This document shows positions 30,038 to 39,479 of a DNA stretch of 64,000 bases, piece by piece. A program made the translations under genes and the position numbers. Location of the stretch: sequence record DRR723986_1723; one strand, written 5' to 3'. Position 1 is the first letter of the stretch, and every line of letters starts with the position of its first letter. The notes under the pieces were generated by a model. It did no database searches. It was given only the letters and a program-made list of their open reading frames with translations, and was not told the origin of the DNA.

Positions 30038-31150
30038 ATGTCAGAAGCACCCAAAATTCTCATCTATGGCGCAAGCGGTTACACCGGCAAACTCGTGGCC
30101 GAGTGCCTGGCGCAGCGCAACCTGCCCTTCTACTTTGTTGGTCGCAACCAGCAAAAACTCGAAGACGCCCTCGCCATCGTGGAAGAGCGACTGGGCCACA
30201 AAGCCCCGGCCACCATCGTTCGCGCCAGCAACGACAAAGCCGAATTGGCGCCACTGTTTGCAAAAGTGGAAGTGGTTATCAACGTTGCCGGCCCCTTCAT
30301 GCAGCTGGCATGGCCGGTGGTTGAAGCCTGCCTGGAAAACAACTGCCACTACCTGGACACCACTGGCGAGCAAGACTTCGTGATCGCCGTTCGCGACAAA
30401 TACGGCAAGGCTTTCGCCGACAAAAACCTGTTGCTCAACCCCGCCAACTCCTACATGTGGGCAGCGGGTGCCCTGGCCGCTGAAGTTGTACTGGAAACCG
30501 AAGGCGTCGACACTCTCGACATTACCTACCAGATCAATAACGCGCTGCCTTCGCAGGCCTCAACCAAATCCTTCCTGCGCATGGTAAACAACCCGCAGTA
30601 CATGATTAAAGAGGGCGAAATGGTTGAGTGGCAGGGCGACCGTCACTTCACTGTTTGCGTTCCCCACCTGTCGCAGCCGGTGCTGGCCCTGCCCTGGAGC
30701 GGTGGCTGTGAGCCCGCTTGGTACGAGCACGACGACCGCGTGCGCAACTGTCGCGTACTGACCGCTTTCGGTGATGAAATCATTGAAAACGTCGTTGCGG
30801 TTATCCATCGCTTCAACGAAGAATCCAAGGGTATGAGTCAGGAAGAAAAGGAAGAGCTCACCAACCGCTACGGCGATGAAATGACCCCTGCCGAGCCACC
30901 CAAAGACGATCGCGACCTGCACCGCACCGTGATCACCTGTATTGGTCAGGGCCGCCAAGTGACGACGGTATTCCCGCTGTCGCTGAACGCTCCGTATACC
31001 TTTACTGGTGAAATCTGCGCCGAGGCCGCACAACGCCTGCTCAACGGCCAACTCAAAGCCGCCGGTTTCCAAAGCGCCACAGGGGCATTCGGACACCGCG
31101 AGCTGCTACAAACCTTCCACGAACTGGGTTACACCAACCTGCCAGCGTAA
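30038..31150 (+). CDS. Saccharopine dehydrogenase-like / trans-acting enoyl reductase family protein (DUF5938-type)
   Basis: IYGASGYTGKL Rossmann motif, INVAGPF, HYLDTTGEQ. Start reassigned to ATG 30038 after AGGAG. Confidence 0.8.
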   Translation: MSEAPKILIYGASGYTGKLVAECLAQRNLPFYFVGRNQQKLEDALAIVEERLGHKAPATIVRASNDKAELAPLFAKVEVVINVAGPFMQLAWPVVEACLENNCHYLDTTGEQDFVIAVRDKYGKAFADKNLLLNPANSYMWAAGALAAEVVLETEGVDTLDITYQINNALPSQASTKSFLRMVNNPQYMIKEGEMVEWQGDRHFTVCVPHLSQPVLALPWSGGCEPAWYEHDDRVRNCRVLTAFGDEIIENVVAVIHRFNEESKGMSQEEKEELTNRYGDEMTPAEPPKDDRDLHRTVITCIGQGRQVTTVFPLSLNAPYTFTGEICAEAAQRLLNGQLKAAGFQSATGAFGHRELLQTFHELGYTNLPA

Positions 31151-31154
31151 AACT

Positions 31155-31186
31155 AACAAGCCCCGCTGTCGCGGGGCTTGTTGTTT
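31155..31186 (+). terminator. Intrinsic terminator
   Basis: aacaagccccgc-tgtc-gcggggcttgtt followed by gttt. Confidence 0.75.
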
Positions 31187-31281
31187 GGCTGACGACGGCT
31201 TAAGAATGTACGAATTAAGGCGAGTAAACGCCGCGAATCGCGGTCAGGGCGGCAGGCAAAACAAAACGGTTGATCTGCCGC

Positions 31282-32370
31282 CTACAGCCGCCACGTGTAA
31301 CTCAAACTTAAACCGAACGCTTTCGCATCACTCGGTTTGATGGCGTCGCTTTTTAGGTCTAATTTCAAGCCCTGATAATTTACACCCAGCATCAGCGCCT
31401 GCTGTTCTATATCCACCCCCAGCTGCCACTGCGTCCCGCTACTCACCCAAGACGCATGAAGCTGTGGGAACAGGTATTTGTCGACACTGCGCAGTCCAGC
31501 AGTGAGTTGCACACTGCCGCGCCATTGATGGCTAAGCATGGCGGCAATCCGGCGGGGCAGGGTCTGACTGTGGTCGCGATAGGACTCAATCCCCGACACC
31601 GTCGGCTTTACGTCGATAAAGCCCTGATCGTCGTAGCTTACGGTATCGCTTATGGCTGTTGCTCGCGTGTAGGTAACATCTCGCCAACGGATCTCTGACA
31701 CCAGGTCGCGGGCACGCACATCCAGCGTCCATCGCTCGGCAAATGGCCAGCTCAGGTCAAGGTCGAGGCTGAGGCCATTGCCTCGGACATTTTCCTCTTC
31801 GCGCTTTAGCAAGGCATCTCGGGAATAGTTGTAGTCGAGGACAAGATCGGCCTCGACCTTGTCTTCAAGGGTGCGCAGCTGGCCACTCAGCGTGCCATCG
31901 GTCAGCTCTTCCGCACGGAGGTAGTTGGCGCGCAGTTTCAGTTTGGCCTTACCCGGTAGCGAAAAATAATAGCCAAGCCCTAAGCCCTTAGCGCGCAAGT
32001 GGTTGGGCTCGATATACAGGTGATAGTTGCGCTGCTTATCCAGTTCTTTGTCGTTTTTATCAGCATAGGCGACTTCTGCGGTGTCATTGCTGAATTCCAG
32101 GAAGTAGTCATAGCGATAAAAGACGCTCACTTCCCAGTTGCCGTCGCGTTCGCCGACTTCAAATTTATTGTGAGTGAAGGCGAGATCGCCTCGACTGAAG
32201 CGCGGACCGTTTAGGTCATCTAATAGCTGCTTTATCGGCGCGATTTCGCTATAGGCATCGGATTCTGCTTGGAAATAAAAAGCATTTTCGGCATGGCTGA
32301 GCGGCATGCTAAGTAGCCCTGCGAGCAATACGATTACTGAGTATGTACGTGTATGGGTTTGCGCTTTCAC
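31282..32370 (-). CDS. Hypothetical outer membrane beta-barrel protein
   Basis: Signal peptide, alternating amphipathic strands, C-terminal GLSLSYTWRL. Confidence 0.65.
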   Translation of the reverse strand: MKAQTHTRTYSVIVLLAGLLSMPLSHAENAFYFQAESDAYSEIAPIKQLLDDLNGPRFSRGDLAFTHNKFEVGERDGNWEVSVFYRYDYFLEFSNDTAEVAYADKNDKELDKQRNYHLYIEPNHLRAKGLGLGYYFSLPGKAKLKLRANYLRAEELTDGTLSGQLRTLEDKVEADLVLDYNYSRDALLKREEENVRGNGLSLDLDLSWPFAERWTLDVRARDLVSEIRWRDVTYTRATAISDTVSYDDQGFIDVKPTVSGIESYRDHSQTLPRRIAAMLSHQWRGSVQLTAGLRSVDKYLFPQLHASWVSSGTQWQLGVDIEQQALMLGVNYQGLKLDLKSDAIKPSDAKAFGLSLSYTWRL

Positions 32371-32395
32371 GGTAAACGCTCTGTGTAAGAAATAG

Positions 32396-32416
32396 AAAAG
32401 GGAGGCTAGGCCTCCC
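32396..32416 (-). terminator. Intrinsic terminator after the large lipoprotein gene
   Basis: The minus strand reads gggaggc-cta-gcctccc followed by ttttctattt. Confidence 0.65.
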
Positions 32417-32442
32417 TGTTTACGTTTATTTAACGCGCTTAC

Positions 32443-34833
32443 TTAGAACGATTCAAACTCGCCATCAGTATAGGTGATAACCGGCGCGCCGGCGTCTTCA
32501 TCTATGTCGGCATATTTTACGCCGTCCTGCTCAATGGTACCGCTCAGTTCGCCGTCGGCATCTTCCGTCAGGGTCATAACCACATCGTTGTGGTTGCTAA
32601 CGGTAACGCTGCCACCCTCAGGCGCATCCTCGGAGAGGTCTGCGGTGTGGGCAATTGTCAGCGTATTGCCACTGTAGGCAAGCTCAACATCCAGATCAGC
32701 TTCTTCAAGGCCGGTGCGGGTTCCCGTCGCTGTGAGCTTCACAAAGTCGGCTACGCCGTCCAGCGCGATATCAAAGCTGACTGCAATGGCGGCACTGGCG
32801 TATTGCTCAGCGCTTTCCTGCAAGCTGCAATCGTAGCTGGCATCCCACTGGTAGGGCTCATCCATCGAATAGGAGTAGCTATACTCGTCTGTGCAAACCT
32901 CGTGGATACCGTCAGCTTGCAGAGCCAGGCTGGCGTTGAAGGCATCACCGTCGTTGTTGGCAATGGAACCCGACAGGGTGAGTTCAAAGCCATCAACCAT
33001 TACCGTGCTTTGGCTATTGTCGTAGCCGCTACCGCTTGCCTCTTGCCAATTGGACTGGTCTCCCCGCTCCTCAGAGTACTCAGAGTTGAAACGCTCAACG
33101 CCAAGCTCCAGGCCGCCGCTGAACGTCACCGTCTGCTCACCTTCTAGCGCTGTTTCCAAGCTGCCATTGATAATGGCGCGCAAATTGGTAACGGTGAATT
33201 CGTCGGTATATTGGCCGTCATACTGGTAGCCGTTTGCTGACTGAGTGTCGGTTTCGCTGCCGCTCCACTCCCCGACCAGGCTGCCTTCAAAAAGCGAGCC
33301 TTCGGCGATGGTAAAGGTCACGGTATCCGTGCTGGCTGAGCCGCTAAGCTGCATATCCGCCGTAATTTCCGACGTGCCAGATTCGGTGGTTTCCGTGGTG
33401 CCATTCTGCGGGCCTTCAATGGCCACCGCACGCGCGGTTTTCACCTCACCAGCCTGCTCTTGCTCAGCAGGGGTGAACTCGGTGGTCTCGGTGCTTTGCT
33501 CATCGATCTCCGAGTCATCCAGCGCCGTCAATACAACCGCCGCACCGTTAATGGTTTGATCGATGCTGTAGCGAATACCGCCTTCCACTTGTGCAATGGC
33601 GACAGTGACACCCTCTTGCTCGAAACTTTCGGGCAGCGGTTCTTCATCCGCCTTGGCATCTTGCACCGCCTCAAAGGCATAGGAAATGGCGTTCAATCCC
33701 ATCGCCGCTGCTTCAACAACCGCAGAGGCGTCAGTGGACAGCACATCGCTGGCCATACCCACTTGCTTGGCAAAACCAGTCAAGGCCTCGCCGTCTTCAC
33801 CCTCTGGTTCTAGGAAGGCGGCCGTGCCAACATTGCGCAGCTGCTTAACGAAGGCCTTACTCGCCTGCAAGCCCTGCGAGCCGACATCATCAGGCACATC
33901 ACCCTGACTGGGTGTCGTCGAACCGTTGGTTTCCGCATCGCCCTCTTCAACATCAATTTCAGTGGCTAGTGCGTCAATATCTTCATTGTCTGCGCCGTCG
34001 ACCTCGGCCACTTTATCCATCAATTCCTGAGCAGCTTCGAGCAGCTCTTCCACAGAAACAGAGGGGTCGCCGTCCTCTTTGTCGGCCATCCCTGTCGACT
34101 TATACTGATTGGCAAATGCCGTGAGGGCGTCTTCAATGCGCCCGTCTGCCAGCGCGGCGGCAATGGCCGCTGCGGCTTTCACGTTGTATTCAAGCGCCTC
34201 TTTGCCCGCCGCATTCAGTGACTCGGCATTGGTAATGTCGACAATTGGCTGACTCAGCAAGTCGCTGCTTGCCAGGCCAAGTTTATTGGCCACCTGGGCA
34301 TTGGCTGCAATGGCTGCGTCTCCTGCACGTGCACCAGCGGCGACTTTCTGCAAACCAAGTGCGGCCGCGGCGCTAGTGAGAGGAGTGATGCTGGCTGACA
34401 CAGTACCCGAGGCAGAAGGCAGCATGGCCTGCATGCTAAAGTCGGCCGCCAATGGGTAATCATCGCCGAAGCTAACCGTTGGCGTGCCTTGGCTGTCACG
34501 CTGGCAAACCGCCAAGTCACAGCGCATGGTGGTGCCATCTTCTGCCGTAATTTCTATCAGCAGAGCGCCGCCCTGGTAATTGCGATTAAGGGTCAGAGAA
34601 TAGCTGCCATCGTCCGCCGTCGTGGCCGGTTCAGCAACGCTGCTGCTTTTGTCTACCGAGCCATCGTCGGCAATGGCGTAGGCGTTAACCACACCACCGA
34701 TAACAATACCTTTAGACGCACCACCGCTGACAGTGCCCGGCGAGCTGCTACCACCTCCACTGCTGCTACCACCGCCGCCACAGGCGGCTAGCGTGGCAGT
34801 GATGGCGGAAGCCAGAATCCAATTCTTATTCAT
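32443..34833 (-). CDS. Large acidic lipoprotein of unknown function
   Basis: Start reassigned to ATG 34833 after GGAG. Lipobox LAAC followed by a Gly/Ser tether; very Asp/Glu-rich. Confidence 0.85.
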   Translation of the reverse strand: MNKNWILASAITATLAACGGGGSSSGGGSSSPGTVSGGASKGIVIGGVVNAYAIADDGSVDKSSSVAEPATTADDGSYSLTLNRNYQGGALLIEITAEDGTTMRCDLAVCQRDSQGTPTVSFGDDYPLAADFSMQAMLPSASGTVSASITPLTSAAAALGLQKVAAGARAGDAAIAANAQVANKLGLASSDLLSQPIVDITNAESLNAAGKEALEYNVKAAAAIAAALADGRIEDALTAFANQYKSTGMADKEDGDPSVSVEELLEAAQELMDKVAEVDGADNEDIDALATEIDVEEGDAETNGSTTPSQGDVPDDVGSQGLQASKAFVKQLRNVGTAAFLEPEGEDGEALTGFAKQVGMASDVLSTDASAVVEAAAMGLNAISYAFEAVQDAKADEEPLPESFEQEGVTVAIAQVEGGIRYSIDQTINGAAVVLTALDDSEIDEQSTETTEFTPAEQEQAGEVKTARAVAIEGPQNGTTETTESGTSEITADMQLSGSASTDTVTFTIAEGSLFEGSLVGEWSGSETDTQSANGYQYDGQYTDEFTVTNLRAIINGSLETALEGEQTVTFSGGLELGVERFNSEYSEERGDQSNWQEASGSGYDNSQSTVMVDGFELTLSGSIANNDGDAFNASLALQADGIHEVCTDEYSYSYSMDEPYQWDASYDCSLQESAEQYASAAIAVSFDIALDGVADFVKLTATGTRTGLEEADLDVELAYSGNTLTIAHTADLSEDAPEGGSVTVSNHNDVVMTLTEDADGELSGTIEQDGVKYADIDEDAGAPVITYTDGEFESF

Positions 34834-35199
34834 TGCTATTCTCCAGTACAACATGCGGACGGTCGGTACAGACAGCCACAGCATCGCGACGCCAAATTAG
34901 CGATACTCTGTGTTGAGGCTGAAAACGCGGCTGCGTCATAGGACTCGTCCTTGATTTATATGAGGGCGTGTAACGTGGCTGTTCTCTGGCTTCCCTTCCG
35001 TCGACAACCGCTTGCGCACTAAAATCACACAGGGGCAATATTTAGCAGCGCACTAAATATTTATAGCCGATGGCCTACCCATTGACAAGCAAGTCCTAAA
35101 AAACGTGGGCTAAACCGGTTTTCAATCAAGCTCGAACACCCCATGCTGCACAGGTACCCGTCAGGCGTAATACCCGAGCGCCAACCAACAGGAGAGTTT

Positions 35200-36258
35200 A
35201 TGTTCCAGCTAGGTAATGCGCATTTTCGCCACCCAGTGATTCAAGCACCGATGGCGGGTTCGCAAGACAGTGAACTCGCGCTGGCCGTCGGCCGTGCCGG
35301 CGGGCTGGGTTCGCTGCCCTGTGCCATGCTAAGCCTCGATAAGCTGGAGCAGGAACTCCAGGCATTGCGGAGCCTGGAGAGCTATAACCTCAATTTCTTT
35401 TGCCACGATGCAGCAGCAGCCGAGCTCACTCGCAATGCCGAGAAACTCCAGCACTGGCAGCAGCTATTGCAACCTTTTTACGAAGCGTGGGAAATCGCCC
35501 CACCCGACCCAATGACACCTGCCAGCCGCCAACCCTACAGTGCGGCGCAGGCAGAGTTGCTGGCCGCGTATCAGCCACCGGTAGTGAGTTTCCACTTCGG
35601 ATTGCCGAAAGCCGCTTTGCTGCGCCAAATAAAAAGCTGGGGCAGCGCCGTTATTTCAACCGCCTGCACCGTCGATGAGGCAGTGCATCTGCAGAGTGAA
35701 GGGGTAGACGCCATTATCTTGCAGGGACTGGAGGCAGGAGGGCACCGCGGTCACTTCCTGCGCGGCGACCTGGCGGGGCAGATGCCCACACTGAAGCTAT
35801 TGGAAGCTTGCCGAGATAAAATTTCGCTGCCACTTATTGCGGCTGGCGGCCTTAGCACCGCCTCTGCGGTTCGCCTCGCCATTGCCTCGGGCGCCAATGC
35901 CGTACAGGCTGGCACCGCCTATTTGTTGTGCCCGGAGGCAAAAACCTCTGCGGTCCACCGCCACGCCATAACATCGACAGCCGATGCCTCCACAGCTGAG
36001 GCAACCCAGCTGACAAATGTATTCTCCGGACGACCGGCGCGCGGACTGAGCAACCAGCTCATGCAAACCCTGGGGGCACTTCGCGACGACCTGCCCGCCT
36101 TCCCACTTTGCAGCGGCCTGCTTGCGCCGCTACGCGCCGCAGCAGAAGCGCAAAACAGGGACGACTTTTCGCCGCTATGGGCCGGAACCGCTCTGCAAGA
36201 CTGTCGCGTTACGTCCGCTGCAGAGGTAACTCAGCGGCTGGTCGCGGAAACTTTCTAA
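35200..36258 (+). CDS. Nitronate monooxygenase family flavoprotein
   Basis: IQAPMAG, VSFHFG, QGLEAGGHRG, TNVFSGRPARG. Start reassigned to ATG 35200. Confidence 0.9.
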   Translation: MFQLGNAHFRHPVIQAPMAGSQDSELALAVGRAGGLGSLPCAMLSLDKLEQELQALRSLESYNLNFFCHDAAAAELTRNAEKLQHWQQLLQPFYEAWEIAPPDPMTPASRQPYSAAQAELLAAYQPPVVSFHFGLPKAALLRQIKSWGSAVISTACTVDEAVHLQSEGVDAIILQGLEAGGHRGHFLRGDLAGQMPTLKLLEACRDKISLPLIAAGGLSTASAVRLAIASGANAVQAGTAYLLCPEAKTSAVHRHAITSTADASTAEATQLTNVFSGRPARGLSNQLMQTLGALRDDLPAFPLCSGLLAPLRAAAEAQNRDDFSPLWAGTALQDCRVTSAAEVTQRLVAETF

Positions 36259-36355
36259 GGCTGACGAGCCGCATACAAGGCTAGGAAAGCGAACACAGAT
36301 CGTTGCACAATTGGACTGATCGCGAATCGCTAACAGCCTTGTCAGGGAGACAACA

Positions 36356-36769
36356 ATGGAACCACAAAGCGCCAACCTTCGCAGCCCCTTCGACTGCTAT
36401 ATAAACGCATGGCGACATTACGCCGACTTTAGCGGTCGCTCACGGCGGCGCGAATATTGGTTTTTTGTGCTGTTCAATATATTGATCAGCATGGCGCTAA
36501 GCATAATCGACAGCGCTTTGGGCCTAGGCAATGCCGAAATTGGCGCCGGGCTGTTTAGCGGCTTGTACGGCTTGGCGGTGTTGTTGCCATCGATCGGCTA
36601 CGCTGCGCGCCGCCTGCACGATATCGGCCGCAGCGCGTGGTGGCTGCTTGTGATCTTCATTCCGTTGTTGGGCCCCCTGATTATGCTGGTGTTTACCGTG
36701 CTCGACAGCCAGCCCGGCGACAATGCCTTCGGGCCCAACCCAAAAGGCATTGACGACCCCGAGCGCTAG
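36356..36769 (+). CDS. DUF805 membrane protein (YhaH-like)
   Basis: FSGRSRRREYW, RRLHDIGRSAWW, NAFGPNP. Confidence 0.9.
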   Translation: MEPQSANLRSPFDCYINAWRHYADFSGRSRRREYWFFVLFNILISMALSIIDSALGLGNAEIGAGLFSGLYGLAVLLPSIGYAARRLHDIGRSAWWLLVIFIPLLGPLIMLVFTVLDSQPGDNAFGPNPKGIDDPER

Positions 36770-37431
36770 GAAATCAGCGTGGCGACATCCTCTAGCGGCG
36801 CGCGATCCATAATCACCTTATTGATCTGCTCACCGGGCTGCTCGTAGCCGAAAGACAGCCCGCAGATAATGCCGTGCCCCTCAGGCAGGTTGGCGATCTC
36901 TTTGACCGGATCGGGAAAAAATGCGAGCGCGCCCTGGGGGATACTGGCCAGGCCGTAATCGACGAGCAGTAACATTAGCGTCTGCAGGTATATGCCAATA
37001 TCGATGGCATTAACCGAACCCATACCGGTGGGCATAGAAATGAATGCGACATGCGGCGCGCCGAAGAACTGCCAGTTCTTCAACATTAGGGCCTGACGCT
37101 TGTCTTTTTCGTGGCGCTCAATGCCCATGGTGCCGTAGTAGGTCATCGCGCAGTCGAATTGCCGCTCTTTATACACGCCGTCTAGATCGGCGTCGCCGGG
37201 TTTAAAGGCGGGCGAGGGTGCCTTGCCACTAAGAATTTCTGTGACAATGGCATCTTCCAGCTTGTTGCGCGCCTCGCCACTCACCACCGTGATATGCCAG
37301 GGCTGGGTATTGCAGTTTGAGGGGGCATGGCGGGCAATATCCAAAATTTCACGCAACAGTTCTTCAGGCACCGGGTCGGGCTTAAAGCCCCGAATGGAAC
37401 GTCGGGCTTTTACGGCTTCAGCTACACGCAT
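36766..37431 (-). CDS. Nitroreductase family protein
   Basis: RRSIRGF, APSNCNTQPW, FFGAP. Confidence 0.9.
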   Translation of the reverse strand: MRVAEAVKARRSIRGFKPDPVPEELLREILDIARHAPSNCNTQPWHITVVSGEARNKLEDAIVTEILSGKAPSPAFKPGDADLDGVYKERQFDCAMTYYGTMGIERHEKDKRQALMLKNWQFFGAPHVAFISMPTGMGSVNAIDIGIYLQTLMLLLVDYGLASIPQGALAFFPDPVKEIANLPEGHGIICGLSFGYEQPGEQINKVIMDRAPLEDVATLIS

Positions 37432-37594
37432 AATCTCTCACTGTCTTTGGCTCAAACGCCCTAGTCTAAACCAGTCGCGACAATGGGCAAGAGTTCACAG
37501 CCCGGTAAAATCATTATGACAGTTCAGCACCTTGTTCCTACAATACAGTAAAGGCAATTAGCGCAGACCCGCAGCAGCACTACGGAGCATACCC

Positions 37595-39397
37595 ATGGCC
37601 CTTCGCGGCTTTTTCAACCACTACTACTCCGACGCAGCCGCCGCACGCCTGTTACGGGATGTGCGCTATATCCATATTCTGGCGGCAACAGGCGCCACCG
37701 CACTGATGATCCTGCTGAGCCAGGAGCTTCCTCGCTATTTCATTACCAGCTGGTTGAGTACCCTGCTGTGTATACAGGGCGGACTCACCCTTGTTCCACT
37801 ATTATTCCGCCACTATGGCTGCACGAACACGGTAAAAAACTGGCTGGTGCCTTACGGGGCACTCAGCGCCCTGGGACACCTGACCTGGGGCTGCTTGTTT
37901 TTGACGTTTGCCGACCATTTAACGCTGTGGCAGCAGATTTTAGTGATGCTGCTTTTGTTTGTGATTCTGTCCATGTCGATGCCCATGCTGGCGCGTTTTT
38001 ACCCGCTGTTTTGCCTGGATGTGGTGATGCTTGGCCTGCCGTTTTTGGCGCTTCTGGCCGAGCGGCAGGACTTTGCATGGCAACTATGGTTTGTGGCGGG
38101 GCTGCTACTAATGGGCACCCTCAGCCTGTTGTGTCGCGGCCACACTGAGGCTCAACAGCACCTGGATGCGGTAAAGCGCGACCCACTTACCGGCCTGCTA
38201 AACCGCGAAGCCTGCATTACCGCCCTGGCAAGCACAGCGGGAGAAACGCGCGGCGCGCTTATTTGCCGCCTGCACAACTATCGCGCGATCTGCGATGCTT
38301 TTGGCAATCGCGCTGGCGATGCGGTGCTACAACACTGCGCCAACAGCCTGCGCTATGTCAGCGAACAGCAAAAGCTCACTGGCCGTGTTGGCGAAAACGA
38401 ATTCTTTCTACCGCTGGCCGTTGCCGACTCGACACTCTGGCAAAAACGCAGCCGACACCTGCTTCGCCAGATCGGCGCACAAATGAGCTGGGGAGAGCAC
38501 CTTATCGCCCTCGATATCGGCATCGGCCTGGCGGAATTAGCGGGTACGCCCGAAGAAGCCCTGCGTCATGCACAGCTGGCGGCTGCCGTGCGCAACCCAC
38601 ACAGCCAGATCAACCAGTATCACCCCGAATTGTGGGACCGGCTGCAGCGCGATGTCAGTCTGCGCTCGGCACTGCAAAGCACCGCGCTATACGAACAACT
38701 AACGCTTCACTTTCAGCCTAAGAAGCAGCTGCGCGACGGCGCAATCAACGGCGCTGAGGCGCTGTTGCGCTGGCAGCATCCCGAGCTTGGGGCCATACCG
38801 CCCGACGAGTTTATCGCGATTGCAGAACAGAGCGAGGTGATCAATGACCTTGGCGACTGGGTGATCCAACAAGCCGCCAGGCACCTGGCCGAGATCCCCG
38901 GGGATGCGCCGTTTTGCATTGCCGTGAACGTATCGATGGCGCAATTTACCAGCCCGCGCTTACTGGCAAGCCTTCGCGATGCCGTCGCCGAACTGCCGAG
39001 CAATCGACGCCTGGAGTTAGAAATTACCGAGAGCGTGATGATGCTGGAGCCTTCGGTGGTTAGCGATACGCTGGCAACCCTCGCCAGCCTCGGTGTCAAT
39101 GTTGCCCTTGACGACTTTGGCACGGGCTACTCGTCGCTGCAGTACTTGGCAACACTGCCCATACACACGCTGAAAATCGATCGCAGTTTTGTCTCTGACC
39201 TGACTCAGGATAAACACCGAGCCGTGATCAAGGTCATTATTGAAATGGCCCATGCACTGGGTATTAAGGTTGTTGCCGAAGGCGTGGAGAGCGCCGAGCA
39301 ACTGGCTGTTCTCGCGGAGTATCACTGCGACGAAGTCCAGGGTTACCACATTGCTCGACCGGCGCCATTTAGCTCGCTTGTTGCCGCACTGCGCTAA
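37595..39397 (+). CDS. Membrane-bound GGDEF(degenerate)-EAL protein, probable c-di-GMP phosphodiesterase
   Basis: N-terminal TMs and DPLTGLLNR; GENEF in place of GGDEF; intact EAL, DDFGTGYSS, EGVE and QG motifs. Confidence 0.85.
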   Translation: MALRGFFNHYYSDAAAARLLRDVRYIHILAATGATALMILLSQELPRYFITSWLSTLLCIQGGLTLVPLLFRHYGCTNTVKNWLVPYGALSALGHLTWGCLFLTFADHLTLWQQILVMLLLFVILSMSMPMLARFYPLFCLDVVMLGLPFLALLAERQDFAWQLWFVAGLLLMGTLSLLCRGHTEAQQHLDAVKRDPLTGLLNREACITALASTAGETRGALICRLHNYRAICDAFGNRAGDAVLQHCANSLRYVSEQQKLTGRVGENEFFLPLAVADSTLWQKRSRHLLRQIGAQMSWGEHLIALDIGIGLAELAGTPEEALRHAQLAAAVRNPHSQINQYHPELWDRLQRDVSLRSALQSTALYEQLTLHFQPKKQLRDGAINGAEALLRWQHPELGAIPPDEFIAIAEQSEVINDLGDWVIQQAARHLAEIPGDAPFCIAVNVSMAQFTSPRLLASLRDAVAELPSNRRLELEITESVMMLEPSVVSDTLATLASLGVNVALDDFGTGYSSLQYLATLPIHTLKIDRSFVSDLTQDKHRAVIKVIIEMAHALGIKVVAEGVESAEQLAVLAEYHCDEVQGYHIARPAPFSSLVAALR

Positions 39398-39479
39398 TCC
39401 TGCGCTGGCCGAGTAGGCTTTGCAGCCGGTATCATGCGCCGTCAAACCCTTGCGCTGTGCCGTAATTTAAAGAGCTGTA

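Noticed and set aside
37506-37522. CTGTCATAA on the minus strand upstream of the nitroreductase, resembling the AraC1 operator
   Set aside because: It lacks the terminal CA and a correctly spaced second half-site, and a plain TTGCCC-N16-TAGACT promoter explains the region.
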